From Acanthaster planci (Eukaryota), in the NCBI RefSeq assembly GCF_001949145.1, contig NW_019091358.1, positions 3,630,569 to 3,694,568 of the forward strand: a stretch of 64,000 nucleotides of DNA, in the 5' to 3' direction. This document shows, in pieces, positions 39,701-52,062 of this stretch. The translations under genes were made by a program, and so were the position numbers. A model generated the notes under the pieces. It did no database searches and was not told the origin of the DNA. It worked only from the letters and a program-made list of their open reading frames with translations. Numbering within the stretch: position 1 is the first letter of the stretch; each line of letters opens with the position of its first letter.

Positions 39701-42336
39701 TAGTGCTCCATAAAGATGTAACTAAAACAGTGACAAGCAAAATTCAACCCAAACTTTTTTATTTTCAAGAAGGGGCAAATTCAACTCTTAAATTTTACAC
39801 AAATGTAACAATTCTGCACCTAGCAGAAATGTCAACAGCAAACATGTTGCCAATACCATTTTCCTTGTTTTTGAGTTTCTACAAAGGGAAGAATTTTTTA
39901 GTAATCTTTATTTGCATTCAAATAACCTTTGGTCGCTATAGTATCTAGCATTTCCAGTGGAAGTTACAGATCTATTTGTGTCATGAATTCCTCTTGATAA
40001 TGAATCAACTCTGCAGGTAATCTTGACCAATTCTGTTTTGAAAAGTTACCAACTTAAAACATGACTTTCCTGGAAATTTAGTTTTGTGGTGCATCGCAAA
40101 GTTTGTCCATTCGCAAAAACATGACATGACACGGTATACATCTCAGCTACTTTTGGGAACAATAAAACTTTCTAGATCTGCTCGGTACCTCCAAAAGCTC
40201 CCGTCTCATCTCATTTGCATATCTGGACGTCGCCTGCAGATGGAGGTCTTTGGAAGATGTTGGCAGAACTTTGGAGTGCGTCTTGGGCTCAGACGAGATG
40301 CTGGTCGATGAGTGGGCTGGGGCTAGAAGCTGACTGGCCATGGCCTTGTCACTGGCCGAGGTCTGCCGAAAAAGAATGTGATCCAGGATCAAACTTTCCA
40401 AAGAGACAAGAGTGGGGAAATGTGACCTAGGGGTTAGGGTTGGTAGCTTCTGATCACAGGGTCAGGTTTGAATTCTGCTACAGGGTACGCCTTGTGACAC
40501 TGGACAAGGCTCTTTACCCTGACTGGTCTCTCTCCACCTAAAGGGGTAGCCATTAGGGATGACGGAGGTATTTGCAGTTGATTACCCTGCCGACATCTTA
40601 AACACTTGCGTTGGAGTTGTATACTCCCAGGAATTCATAGGATTGTTTCTGGGCCCAAGAAGCAGGAGTAGTTTGATGTAAAGCACATCAAGAATCCTTG
40701 GGCACTGATATGTGTTGTACAAATGTGTTACATTCTTACAAGCATAGATACAATCCTATGCAAAACTGTTGACACCCTGCCATGTACATGTACAATCCAT
40801 ACCTCTCCAGTGTCAGTATTCATATGCTAGCAGCGCCTAACAAAATTGACTAGCTTAACAAAACTACCTTTCAAACTGACACGGTTTAGAGGGACATGGG
40901 AAGGAAAATTTCAGAATTGTCCAATAACTCACTGCAGTACTTTCTAAGTTTCTTTTCCAAACAATTTCAAACACAAAACACTCCATTCCAATTCAAGTTT
41001 TCCAAAGACACAAAATGTGTCAAACTAATTTGGGAAAACAAAAACTACCAATCAAAAAAAAAAAAAATCACCAAAAGTTTATGAGCTTACCAGTTTTTCT
41101 GTTTGGATGAGGCCCTTCAAGAAGTCGATCTTCTTGGCATATTCTGCAAGTGCTTCTTGACTGGGCAAACTAAAATAAAAACAAAATGGCCGATAAGTAG
41201 TGCTGGTCACACACACTGCATTGCATGTAGTGTACGCCAATCATCTTCACCTTTTCGGTCTGTGCATACGTTTGTTTAGGAAGTACAAAATGTAAACTTG
41301 TAATTGAGTGAACAAACTCAGTGGGACTCACTGAAGCCTGGGAATAAGTATAGACGTCACCCAGCACTACATACATGTACATGTACAGACTTCACCTGAA
41401 CATGTCTACATGCCGTTTGTGTTATGATGCAGGAAATTCATCTGCTGTGTCCCCATCTACTGTGGTTAGTCTCAGTCGGGACTGTTGGAGAGTGAAGCTC
41501 TTTTTGAGTAAGATTCAAGATTCTGTTGTTGGTCAAATCACAAAGTGACCTATATTGCACCTACAAAGCTTATGTACAGTAGCACCAATTTGTGGGACAA
41601 CAAAAGTGTCCTGTGCTTCCATTCACTGTGCGACCAGCACGTCATTGATCCAGAAATAATTGAAAAGGTAACTTACCTGGGGGATCGTTTTAGTTCAGCA
41701 AGTTTTTCTTGAAGTGCGCCCACAAACTGCAAATGAAAATGGCAAGTAATGTAACCAAGACAGAAAGTAATTGGCCCACATGGGTACAAAGAGGTATTAA
41801 CCCTAACTCCCTAGGGTGTGTGCTAAATCATATTAAAATTGGAGGATTCAGGACTGTTAGGGTTAGAGAAGCATGAAAAATTTTTGTTTCAATTCACTAA
41901 CATTTGCAATTATAACTGGAAAAAAAGGTGACTAAATTTATGCCCTTTTTGAAAGCGAGATTTTAATAGAACATAAAAGTATCAACATCATGCTATATTT
42001 ACCAGCACACTATCCTATGGGGGCTTAAATGGCTCACAGCCAACCTCACGACAATAGGACAGCGTATATGTGAACAAAAGGTCACATCAAAATGTTATAC
42101 AGGTTTATTGCTGACCAATGTCTAGCTGTACTTGTATAACAGGCATTACTCTGTGTAAATGGTGGCCCCAGTCACCCTGTTTATCAAAACTGATCTGTGA
42201 CCTTTCCCCTGCTTCATATCCTGTATGACCTTACCTTCTCCAATCGCCAGTCTCCGTGGTCCTGTTCTCCAGCCATGGCCTCACATCTTGTCAGCAATCT
42301 CTGGAGGTTGATCTCAAGCCTGGATGCCATCGCCAT
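36780..42336 (-). CDS. USE1: Vesicle transport protein USE1 (ER Qc-SNARE), 262 aa; exons 42336-42235, 41726-41677, 41169-41091, 40362-40189, 39346-39309, 38918-38756, 36962-36780
   Basis: Translation [43 protein letters not shown]..|[18 protein letters not shown]|..[43 protein letters not shown]|..[45 protein letters not shown] matches the USE1 N-terminus, SNARE motif and tail anchor. All introns are GT-AG; total 789 nt in frame. Confidence 0.96.
37613..37863. mobile_element. hAT-like MITE with an internal 24-bp tandem repeat
   Basis: TIRs cagtgttgtattttagtccgtcacaagtc / gacttgtgatggactctaatacaatactg; 8-bp flanks gtaaccag / ctaagcag (6 of 8 match); about 3.5 copies of cacaaggccagtcacaagtccctt at about 37646-37730. 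Confidence 0.75.
40414..40740 (+). mobile_element. Degenerate tRNA-derived SINE in USE1 intron 3 (antisense to USE1)
   Basis: A-box-like TGACCTAGGGG (40423-40433) and B-box-like GGTTTGAATTC (40465-40475); core gtgacactggacaaggctctttaccc..ctctctccacc resembles marine-invertebrate SINE cores; tail tgtaaagcac..tacaaatg resembles LINE-derived tails (from recall). Confidence 0.65.
41797..41866. mobile_element. Short member of the same TTAA/CCCTAAC family
   Basis: ttaaccctaac...ttggaggattcaggactgttagggttag. Confidence 0.55.
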
Positions 42337-42819
42337 CCTATTATGGTATTAAGCATTTATTGGCAAATAAATGGCCCAGTTGGTTGATACTGTCCAGGAC
42401 AGAAAAATGTACGCCAAGACTGACACAAAAATACAATATCTTGTGGTCCACTGGTCACATACTTTCTTTACAGCTAGCACTAAACTCATACCAAAACCAC
42501 GAAAAGGTCCTCTTCTTGTCCTGGGACATGCATGTATTAGGCCTATAAAAAGACTTTTGAACATTGTTGCTGGTATTCTCCATCCATCACATAGAACACT
42601 TCCAATTTTTTTTTTTTTTTCCGACCAGTCTCACAAGTACATTTACCCCCTAGAACTGAGGGGTCCGACGTCCGCCCTGCTCCCATGGGGGGGGCAGACA
42701 TCGGACCCCACAGTACTTCTGGGCTATCTCGTAGGGTTTGTGCATGGGGTGTCAAGTGGCGTCTATGTACCGGGCTAGGCCTGGCCAAACATGCTATATT
42801 GCTTGACCTGTAATTCTAA

Positions 42820-43125
42820 TCCAACTCCTCCCCGGCCGGCCCCATGTTGTAAAGTCCTGAACGTTTGTGAACTGAAAACATGTCCAAGACAACTGCAGAC
42901 TCGTGTGTTTGAAGGTTTGGGAAATAGTTTGAGAAATTTTGAGGGTATTAAAGTAAAATCTTTTTCTTAGTCAAAAACCATGATGTCGGCCCTGCAGAGC
43001 CGGCCCGCTGCAGTATTTTCCGTGCTGGTGTCATGGTGCATTTTTATCGGCCAGATGGCGCGCCATCATTACCTTATGTGCTACGACCAATACGCACCGT
43101 CACCGCGGCCCGGGTCGACTCCAAC
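42820..43125 (-). promoter_or_regulatory. Probable USE1 promoter / non-coding first-exon region
   Basis: The USE1 ATG is preceded by an acceptor-like tag|gATG, implying an upstream UTR exon. This is the nearest CpG-rich patch and has a candidate minus-strand donor (cataag|gtaatg near 43072). Exact exon not determined. Confidence 0.4.
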
Positions 43126-46069
43126 TTAGGTAGCCAAGTTATAGATGTTTACCTCCACTAAAACTAACACCAAATGTTAATCTTGTATTCTACAGTCATC
43201 CCATACAAAATGATGATACATGAAAACAATTTACGCTGTAGTCATAACCCCTGACAACTCCACAGGTTTGGCATGTAATCTGGAAATTAAACACCGCTGG
43301 ATCGAATGAGGGCGCTGCGCGAAGAAAGCTGTGCCACTGTGCACTAGTGGCCGAGACGACCAGTTTTTTACCCCTATGCTGTGATATGCAGCTGTGATAG
43401 GGCTTACCACTTTTAGTTCAAGGAAAACTTGAAGGGTTCGCTGAAGGCCACTAGTTACTGTCTTCATTCTCCTCAATTTATTCTGGTGTTTCAAAGGGGG
43501 AAAAAAATCTTTAATGTTTTTGGTACGTTTTGAAAATAGCTGTTGAAGCTCTTTCAAACTGTGTACTGCGGGTCTTCACTTGTAATTTTCAAATCATTGA
43601 AAACGAGAATCATGCGCACATTGTCTGGAGCGTTCCTTGGGTTCAAATATCCTGGGGGGGGGCATTCTCAGAAATATCTCTAGTGTCATCATATTTGTCA
43701 GAATATTCTCCTTAAGCTTAATTACGGTACACATGTGCTTAAAGCATAGCTGCAAGGAAGTTTTCTTAGACAGTTTTTCTTCAACTCGTTATTCTTCTTC
43801 GATGTCTGCAAATATGTTATATTCCAATTCGGTTAACTGCATTGAAAAAAGTGCACTTTTTTAAGCAATTGAAATTATCCAGGCTTTTAAATTTCTGGAC
43901 AACTGAGGGCACTCTTGTTTTGAAGTCATGACTAGTACACAGGTGCTTCTGTTCAGATTATTGTAACCTAGAATTTACCTACTGAAACATTTCTGAGACA
44001 AGGAGTGATGCTTGTTCGTTGCTATGCTCATAAACCACTTTGAATCGGCAAAAAGGGAAAAAATGAGTCCAGTGAAATATCTAAATGCTCAAAATGCAGG
44101 ACCTTTTGTGTACAAACCACTGTATTGTTGCGGTTTTCTTCCTGGGATGGTATCACAGTTTTGCTCATGAATATGGAAATTTCACTAGTATCAAAACCAA
44201 AAAGGAAGTAAAATACCCTTTGAAATAATGAAACAAAAGTTGAAAAATAAGGTTAGCAGAGACACAGGTGCATTTTGAAGGTTTGTTTTGAAACAAATGG
44301 ATTGCAGCTACCCTTTCAATAGTAAAATGTACTTCGTACTTCAAATATGTATTTTCAGAAAAGCTAATTATTGTTGTACTAATAAATCATTTGATGCCTA
44401 CTTTGGAGAAGCCTACAGAGGAAAACTTTTGTTTTTGAAAATTAAAAAAAAACGTGAAAGGGGGCTTTTTCACTTTCCTTACTTCTAAAAGTGCATTGTG
44501 ATGTGAACGTACTGTATGTTGATTACTAGAATACCAACTGTTTGATACAGGTAAGAGATAACACCGAGTCACACATGTTTTGCATATAGGGGAATCCAGA
44601 TTGCTGATTGGTCCATGGGACTTATGTACTGTATATATAGGCAAAGAGCAATTGTGCTTAGCTATGGGGCTCAAAGTGTATAAGGCGGGTGATTATTTGA
44701 TTATTTTGTGATAAGACTAATTAAAAGTGCTCTTGATTTGAATGGCATGGTCGTTAATAAGAATGATTAAAGGCAAGACCCTGTTCCTGATTTATGTCTC
44801 TAATCTCCAATTATTAATTAGCCCACGTCGTAGTGTTGACTCTTACGATTGGAACTTTGACTTGTGGTTTGTTGTTGAAGCTGGAGACGATTAATGTTTA
44901 TTGTTTACATTTCCCACGGTTTAAAAATGACGACTTCACCCCCATGGCAAAGAGTAGGACCTTGTTTCATTCACGTCCAGAGTACAAGCTCTATTTCAAA
45001 GCTTTTACAGGCCCTCTAAGAATTTTCGTGATCCCCCCGTGAAAACTTTCAGCTCAGTGAAGCCCCTACCATGGTGATATTCTTTCGTGTTTTAGGCCAG
45101 CAACTTTTAGTTTTAGGATGACATAAAAACAAATGCATGAAACTGGGTGGCGACTGAGGACCGTAATAAAAATTAAAAATGAAAATTTTCAAGTTCTTTT
45201 TTTTTGACATTCAACCAATTTATATAGGTTCGGGAGATTAAATTACTGTAATTCGGTAAAAGTGCGCAAATTTGAGAGTCAAGGGGAATGTTCGGTGTAC
45301 CCGAATGTTCTGCATAGCCGTGTTTGTTATAGCGACGTTCCACTAGTACTGGATGTACTTGTAACACGTCAAATACGTCTGCTGAATGCCTTTTTTTCCG
45401 ATAAAAAATGCGTGGTCATTGAAAAAATGGAAATTTTGTTATTCCCAAAGTGTGAAATAATAAGAAAGAATCATACGACGATCCAGGAAAAAGAATTGGA
45501 TTTTTTCCATTGAATGTCTTTTTCTAGAAGTTTTTCCAGATACATGTATTTTACTAATTTTTCTCCTTTTTTGCGGACAAGCAGAAACTATGATGAAACA
45601 TTACATGACCTACCAACACCCACCTTGCACGCATAGGAAGAATCTGCAACATGCCATCTTGTTTTTAAATTTACTTTTTGAAAAATCATTTTCCTCTTTT
45701 TTTTTTTTTTTTGCCTCTTTGTTATTGCGTTTTGGCTCAGAGCAGGGGGAGGGGGTTCGACCCTAACCTCCTGGATCTGGTACCAAATATAGGGGGTCTA
45801 TTTTTGGAGGGAAGAGGACAAATAATGGGATTTCTTTGAGTAAATATTTGCCTTCAAAAATATGCCCATTGAAGCGAATCACCATTCCATACTTAAAGAG
45901 TGAAACTAGTTTTTCAGACAAGTTGCACTGGCACTCACTTTTAAAATAGTTACGTCGAGTCTACCTGCAAAGACTCAATTTAACTTTCATTTTTCCTAAA
46001 AGCAAAATTCTGGTAGGATCTAAACCTCAGTCCCCTGACAGTTTTGGCATTTCTAAATATTCAGGGCTG

Positions 46070-46333
46070 TTCGTTTCGTAAATTATGTGTTTCCAAAGGC
46101 CGCGACGGTTCTTTCGTGCAGCTCATGCTGTATGCACCGCGCCCTGGCCGCGCCTACCCTACTGGTCCCGCCCTCGTGCCAGCTCGTGCGCCTGCCGCAT
46201 GCACTCTCGCCGTCCGAAGAAATAGCGCCCTCTAGAGGCACATTGACGTAAATAATAAGGCTTAAAGCTCAACTTAGATTCACAACTTCATAAATAAATT
46301 TCGCTTAACGACTTTCAAGAAATCGGAAACAAC
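46070..46333 (+). promoter_or_regulatory. GC/CpG-rich promoter region of the TPR-TM gene
   Basis: Locally CpG-rich stretch (46078-46250) with GC-box-like cccgccc, CRE-like tgacgta and a CTCF-like motif, directly upstream of the ATG exon. Confidence 0.55.
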
Positions 46334-49300
46334 ATGAATAAGGTAAGTATGATAAGGCACATGCCGTGCTTTTTGAACTACACTATTGAACGATACGGAC
46401 GCCACTAATTTTCCCTAAAACGACCTATTTTCCGGGTATTAACGATAAACCCGTCCTAGCCCTAGTACTACTAGTACTGTACTAGTGTGGCACGGATCAC
46501 TCCCGATGTATCCTTAAGGATAAATCGGGAGTGATCCGTGCCGCACTAGTGGGGCTAGGTGTCAAGCAGTATTCGTAAGTGGAATTTTAACTGAAACAGT
46601 ATGCCTAGGCCTGCTGTGTACCATCATCATCGCGTACAGACCCCCCCCCCCAATGCTCAAAATGATGACAAAGAATTGACAATATAAGCCCTGGCCTACC
46701 CCATAATCTAAAATCATCTACCATGTCTGCCATGCCACACAGCTTCTCCACATTTCAATAGTGAACTAATATTAATGTGACAATACATTAGCAATATTCA
46801 TGATCATGTTGCAAGTAAACCAATGAAAAAGTTTTGAATTTGTATGTTAGTACTAATTCCCTGCAGTTACCTATTAGCAGACCTATCAGAAAGCAAAACC
46901 ATGTCCAGAAATTCAATTTAGGAAGGAAAATACCAAGTCGTTTACTAAGAATTTGTTAGACCAGTCTCATAGGGTTTGTGCACAGGGTGTCAAGGGGTGT
47001 GCGTATATTGAATTCTTTCCTAGTAATATTCAGCCACATTCTTTCGTGTGGCGTTACATGCTGTACCTTTGGGGCAATTATGGACAACTTGGCCCTATAA
47101 TCCAAGCTTATTAGTTGTAGCAAGTAGCAGGCAAAATTGTTCAATGGTTGACAAGCGGGTCACTGATCGAACTTGGCAGTCTTTTTGCAGTTAAAAAGAA
47201 AAAATTATTTCTCAATTATTTTTTAATCAAGGAGAAGGCTGACGAGGCTAGGGAACGGGGTAATGACTGCATGAAGCAAGGTCGTGCCACACAGGCATTC
47301 TTCTATTACACGGAGGCCATTAAATTGAACCCATCCGACCACCGCTCTTACAGCAATCGCTCACTGGCATTCCTGAAGATCGAGCAGCACTACCATGCAC
47401 TGGAGGATGCCAAAAAGGCCATCCAGCTAAAGCCCAACTGGCCAAAGGTATCTTTAAATAATCCGCTCTGAGCAGGAACAAAAGACCGCATGTTTAAAAT
47501 GAAATCGACACTCCTTTAGTACTCACGCACCGCATAGGTTCGTAAGTTTATGCGCATTTGATGCGGAGCACGCTGAGTACGCGCAACGATTTTAGTCTAG
47601 AATGTGTGGTCTTTGCGTGCACGCCGAACGAGTGTTAGAACCTGGTTGGAAAACTTAGTACCATCTGTCTTTCTTTCGCCGGTTAGGGTGCACTTCAAAT
47701 CAGGGTGGATAACCCCAAACTGGAGACTGTCAGTACCCACCAACTAGAAGCACTACTGTTCACCGGCAAAGAGAAGAGACAGACTAATGGGAACTTTTCT
47801 TTTGCATTCATTCATGCGGGTGTATATGAAGATGGTACATTTAAACCAACGGAGATTGGAACCAGCCCAGAATTTTGGGCTTCACTGCTTACGTACTGTG
47901 TCTGGGTTCGTTGCCAAGTGCAAAACTGTTGTGCTGGATATTGATGCTGTCAAACTCATCATTTTGGTTCCACAAAGTGCAGGAAACTTCTTCGCACTTA
48001 GATAAGCCATGAAGACATAGTTGAATGGGGAAAATCCAATAGAAAAAATAGCACGGCGGTTAGAATTTTGGTGGGGTGGCAAAACATTAGCGGGGCGGCC
48101 TAAAACCCCTCATGGAGAACACTGCAGTATCCCTTGAACATGTTCCGGGAGGGTTGACCGCTATTTCAATCCTTCAAAACCATTCTGCAACTCCTGCCAA
48201 TGTGTTTGAGGCAGTATACATGATATCTTTGAGCAGCTTGAATGATTTCCAGTATAATCTTGACCTACATTTATGCATGGCTGAGCACATGTAAGCAGTG
48301 CAAGGTGCAGCCCAAGACCTTGACACAATGCATCCTACAAAATGGACTGCACATTTCTGGCCATGCACTCACGGCATGAGAATTTTGGAGGACCAAAACT
48401 TAAACAGTGGAAGTGTACACAACAAAAACTAACACCACCACGTGGAAGGACTGCCATACTGTTGAATGCTGTGTCGTGTTTTTCAGTAGAAGCATTTATA
48501 GGGGGGTCCATATTTCTACCAGTACGCATTCCCCTGAAAAGTCATTTTTCCAGAAAGGAAAGCCTGGATCACTGTAGATGCAGCAAACTTGGCAGTCAGT
48601 TCAAACATTTCAATTTTCAAATCATGCGGTTCGACTCAGTGGTGCGGAGGCGTGGAGGAAACTCCATTGAAAGTGTGGACTGAAGCCCGACTTGAAAGTT
48701 CCAATAGTGTTGGGAAAACACTCGGGATTCTGTTGGCTAAAAGTTGAGAACACTTGGACCAGGTTTTGTCTCGCAAGACTCAAGTGAGGTCTTAGTGGGT
48801 TTTTTTGTCAGCCAATGTGGAAGTGGAAATTTGGTCAGGCCATTACTGACCATATTATTAATCATAATTCATAAATAAAAGAAGTTTCCCATAAAAGAAA
48901 TTGAAGGTAAAGTTAATTGTCATGGAAACTTTTCCACTGTTTTGTTTTTGTTTTGTTTTTAAAACCTTTTTATTTCAAGGAATTGCCTACAATAATGATG
49001 TCGTTAATGGTGTGACCAAAATTCCAATATCACATGGAACTGGTCGTATGGTAACACATCATCTTAGTTCTGTGTTCTTATGCCATCTTGTTTTGTTTTC
49101 TCCTAGGGTTATTTCAGGAAAGGGGAAGTGGAATTTCGAACCGGACATTACCAAGATGCTGTGAACTCCTATGAAGTGAGTATGACTGCTTAAAAATCTC
49201 ATGCCCTAGCCGGAGGATCATTGATTCTTGAATAATGGACAGCTTATGAGATTAAAGACATATTGAATCAAAGTGTCCATTTTGGACCTTCTGTAGCTGC

Positions 49301-52062
49301 TTAAAAGTTGAAACTACTAGCCTGTTTGGCAGCTGCGTACATGTAGATAGCATACTGGATTTGAGTGCAATGAGAAGGCTCCTCACAGGGTTAAAGGTAT
49401 CACTTGCATGCTTACATAAATTACATTCTATTTGCATTGATATTTATTTTCTTTTAGAAAGCTATTAGCTTGGATGAAAGCGATCTCAAACTGAAGTCAG
49501 CTCTGGAGAAAGCACAAGAAGAAGTCAAGAAAATGAAGGCTGGTATGTTGTATAAAATACGGCAATCATAATTGTTTCCTGTGGTTAGTTTGCATGCCTT
49601 TCCAACCAAGTTGCTTATGTCAAGTAAGTATTGAAAGCAGTTGTGAGGTTTTGCTTTGGCAGTGCTGGACTTGCAACCATTTCTAAAGCTGGTGTTTTTC
49701 AGTTTGTTTCCATCTGAGTGGGTGTTTGAGTTATTTTTGAAGTTTGGGTGGAGGTTGAAGATATCCCACTCTGGTCGGTTTCTTTGTAGATATTTATAAT
49801 AACTATACAAGCACCTAGTCAGTGTCTCTGTACAGTTTGTTTTATCAAACTTTCGGCAAAACGCTTTCAAAGACGAGTTTTCAAAAACAGTCTTTTACTT
49901 TTGTTCAAGTGTAATATTAATATCTACAAAAGATATAGAAAAAAATCCAAATGATCAAGAATCACATTTCACTCTTACACACTAATAGTTGACTTCCTCA
50001 ATAAATTTTTAATGTGAACTTTACCCAATAAAATAATTGGTGAGATGTGCTGTGGTACAAGGACCAAATGTACACTCCATTTGCTGTGTTCATATATTGC
50101 TTGTGCAACAAGACATATTTGCTAATCAGATCAAACGTGATCAGGAAGTGAACCAGGCCGTCCATTTTCTCTTCCGTGCTCCAGCTGCAATAAGAATCCC
50201 CTTCATCAGCATAGGCATCGGATTTCTCATCGGTATACTTCTCACCTTGGCAGATCACTATCTCACATCTAAACCTTCATTGGAGGTAATCTATTCCCAT
50301 TAAAGAAAACTGAACCCATGTTGTACTCCCATCTGAATCAGAGTTTGGGCTTAAAGTAGTCCAACAGTGGACTTGCAAGCCATTCTAAACCAAACTCCAG
50401 ACCTACATCTACATTTGACAGGATCCCTGGATGGAATGATCTCATTGTTCTTGAGCATCAGGCATATACCTGGCCTTTTGTGATAAACGTTGATGTTGAT
50501 CTAAGCTCGTCAAGACTTTGGAATGGTGTGATAGGGTCGATGACAGGCTAAAGCCAAGGCAGTAGTGCAGTTTGGAAGCTTTTCTTGATCATTATGCAAA
50601 TATCCCTTCCGGATATTGACTTTGAATATATCCCAGTTGCATACATCCTGGCCAACTACACGTATTGACGCCTGAAACATTGTTTCGTTTCAAGGGAAGT
50701 CCTTGGAGTTCCATAACTATTTCTTAAATGCTTTTCACCGTGGTACCAATGTCTACATTTTCTGGCTAAATATGCGCTGAAGATACACAACATAATTCAT
50801 GGTATTTTGCAGGGAAAGGTGGTCAGTTGCTTGCAAAATGTAGGTGGGAATCTGAACTAGACAGTTTTAAGAGGATAATATTCCTTTGAGTCTGTGTTAG
50901 TCTGCGAGCATTTTACATTAAATTTTAAAGTTCCATTGAGTTCATCAGAAAATGTGCAGTGCATTGAAGTCAATTTATCAATCCTTCCAAGTTTTCCTTC
51001 TCTTCAGGGCTACGTCAAACTTGCGTTTGTCGCCTTATTTGGGATGCTTGGCTACTGTGGGTCTTGGATGTATTTTTATGTACTTACCACCTACCATGAC
51101 GCAATGCTACAACCACCTCCTGAACAAAATGGTATGGAGAATCATTTTTAAACATCTATTCTTAGTAACCAGTGGTGTATCAGGCGTTGCCCCCCCCATT
51201 ATTTTTCCTTTTATATTTCATTCAGAAATTGGAAGCATCAACACTTTAGAAACAGCACTACCTCCTTTGTTGGATGGAGGTTGAGGATTCTTTTACTTAT
51301 GAAACAAAATTGGACAATTGTTTTTGGAGATCAAATCGCCATTCTCGATGTCCTTTTCCCCTCATGTGCCTTAGAAACTGGAAGCACCTCTGTTAGTGAC
51401 TCTGATGTGCTGTCGTAGATCAATAATGACTTTTATTTTCACTTTTGTTTAGTTTTGTTGACAGATTGTAGACAGGTTGTTTGATGTTGTTTCAAATCCT
51501 GATCTTGTCACATGATTCCCACACATGATGCATCTTATCAAAATATTGACATGAATTAAGGATATAACTTTCCATTGCATGAATTTTGTATTGACTGATT
51601 ATTTAATGATCTTGTATCTAAATCTTGCAGCTTCATTCTTGTAAGGTTTTGAATTCTTATCAATTTCCACTAGTGTAGTTTTAGCCCACATAAAGGTTAC
51701 ACTAAAATGCAAACTCCAAAAATGCAGGTCACAGCTCTTGTGAAAATCAGATTTAAAAAATCCTTGTAAAACAGGTGATCATTCCTGAACAAAATTCAGG
51801 AAGCAGTGCACAAGTACACGTTCTTCATTAGGAGGTAAACCACATCTTGCATTTTAAATTTTTTGTGGTAAGTGATTTCACCAATATATCTGTTTTCCAT
51901 TTCATTGCTCTACCCTCATGATCAGATGCTGATAAGAAAACAGACAAGAGTACAGACCCCGAAACCAGCAAGGGGAAGAGAACAAAACCATCACAAGAGA
52001 GTGCCAAGAAAGACAAGGCTACTGGAGAGGCAAGACGGAGGAAGAAAACTGAAAAGACATAA
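46334..52062 (+). CDS. HOP/STI1-like TPR-domain protein with two transmembrane helices and a Lys/Arg-rich tail, 246 aa; exons 46334-46342, 47232-47447, 49107-49175, 49458-49542, 50185-50285, 51008-51131, 51926-52062
   Basis: Three TPR motifs (ADEARERGNDCMKQG..YTEAIKLNP; YSNRSLAFLK..ALEDAKKAIQLKPNWPK; GYFRKGEVEF..AVNSYEKAISLD), then hydrophobic IPFISIGIGFLIGILLTLA and YVKLAFVALFGMLGYCGSWMYFYVL. All junctions are GT-AG with phases 0,0,0,1,0,1; total 741 nt. The 9-nt first exon (ATGAATAAG|gtaagt) and the last exon are less certain than the internal exons. Confidence 0.88.
46481..46550. repeat. 70-bp loopless palindrome (2 mismatches) in intron 1 of the TPR-TM gene
   Basis: actagtgtggcacggatcactcccgatgtatcctt|aaggataaatcgggagtgatccgtgccgcactagt. 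Confidence 0.9.
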
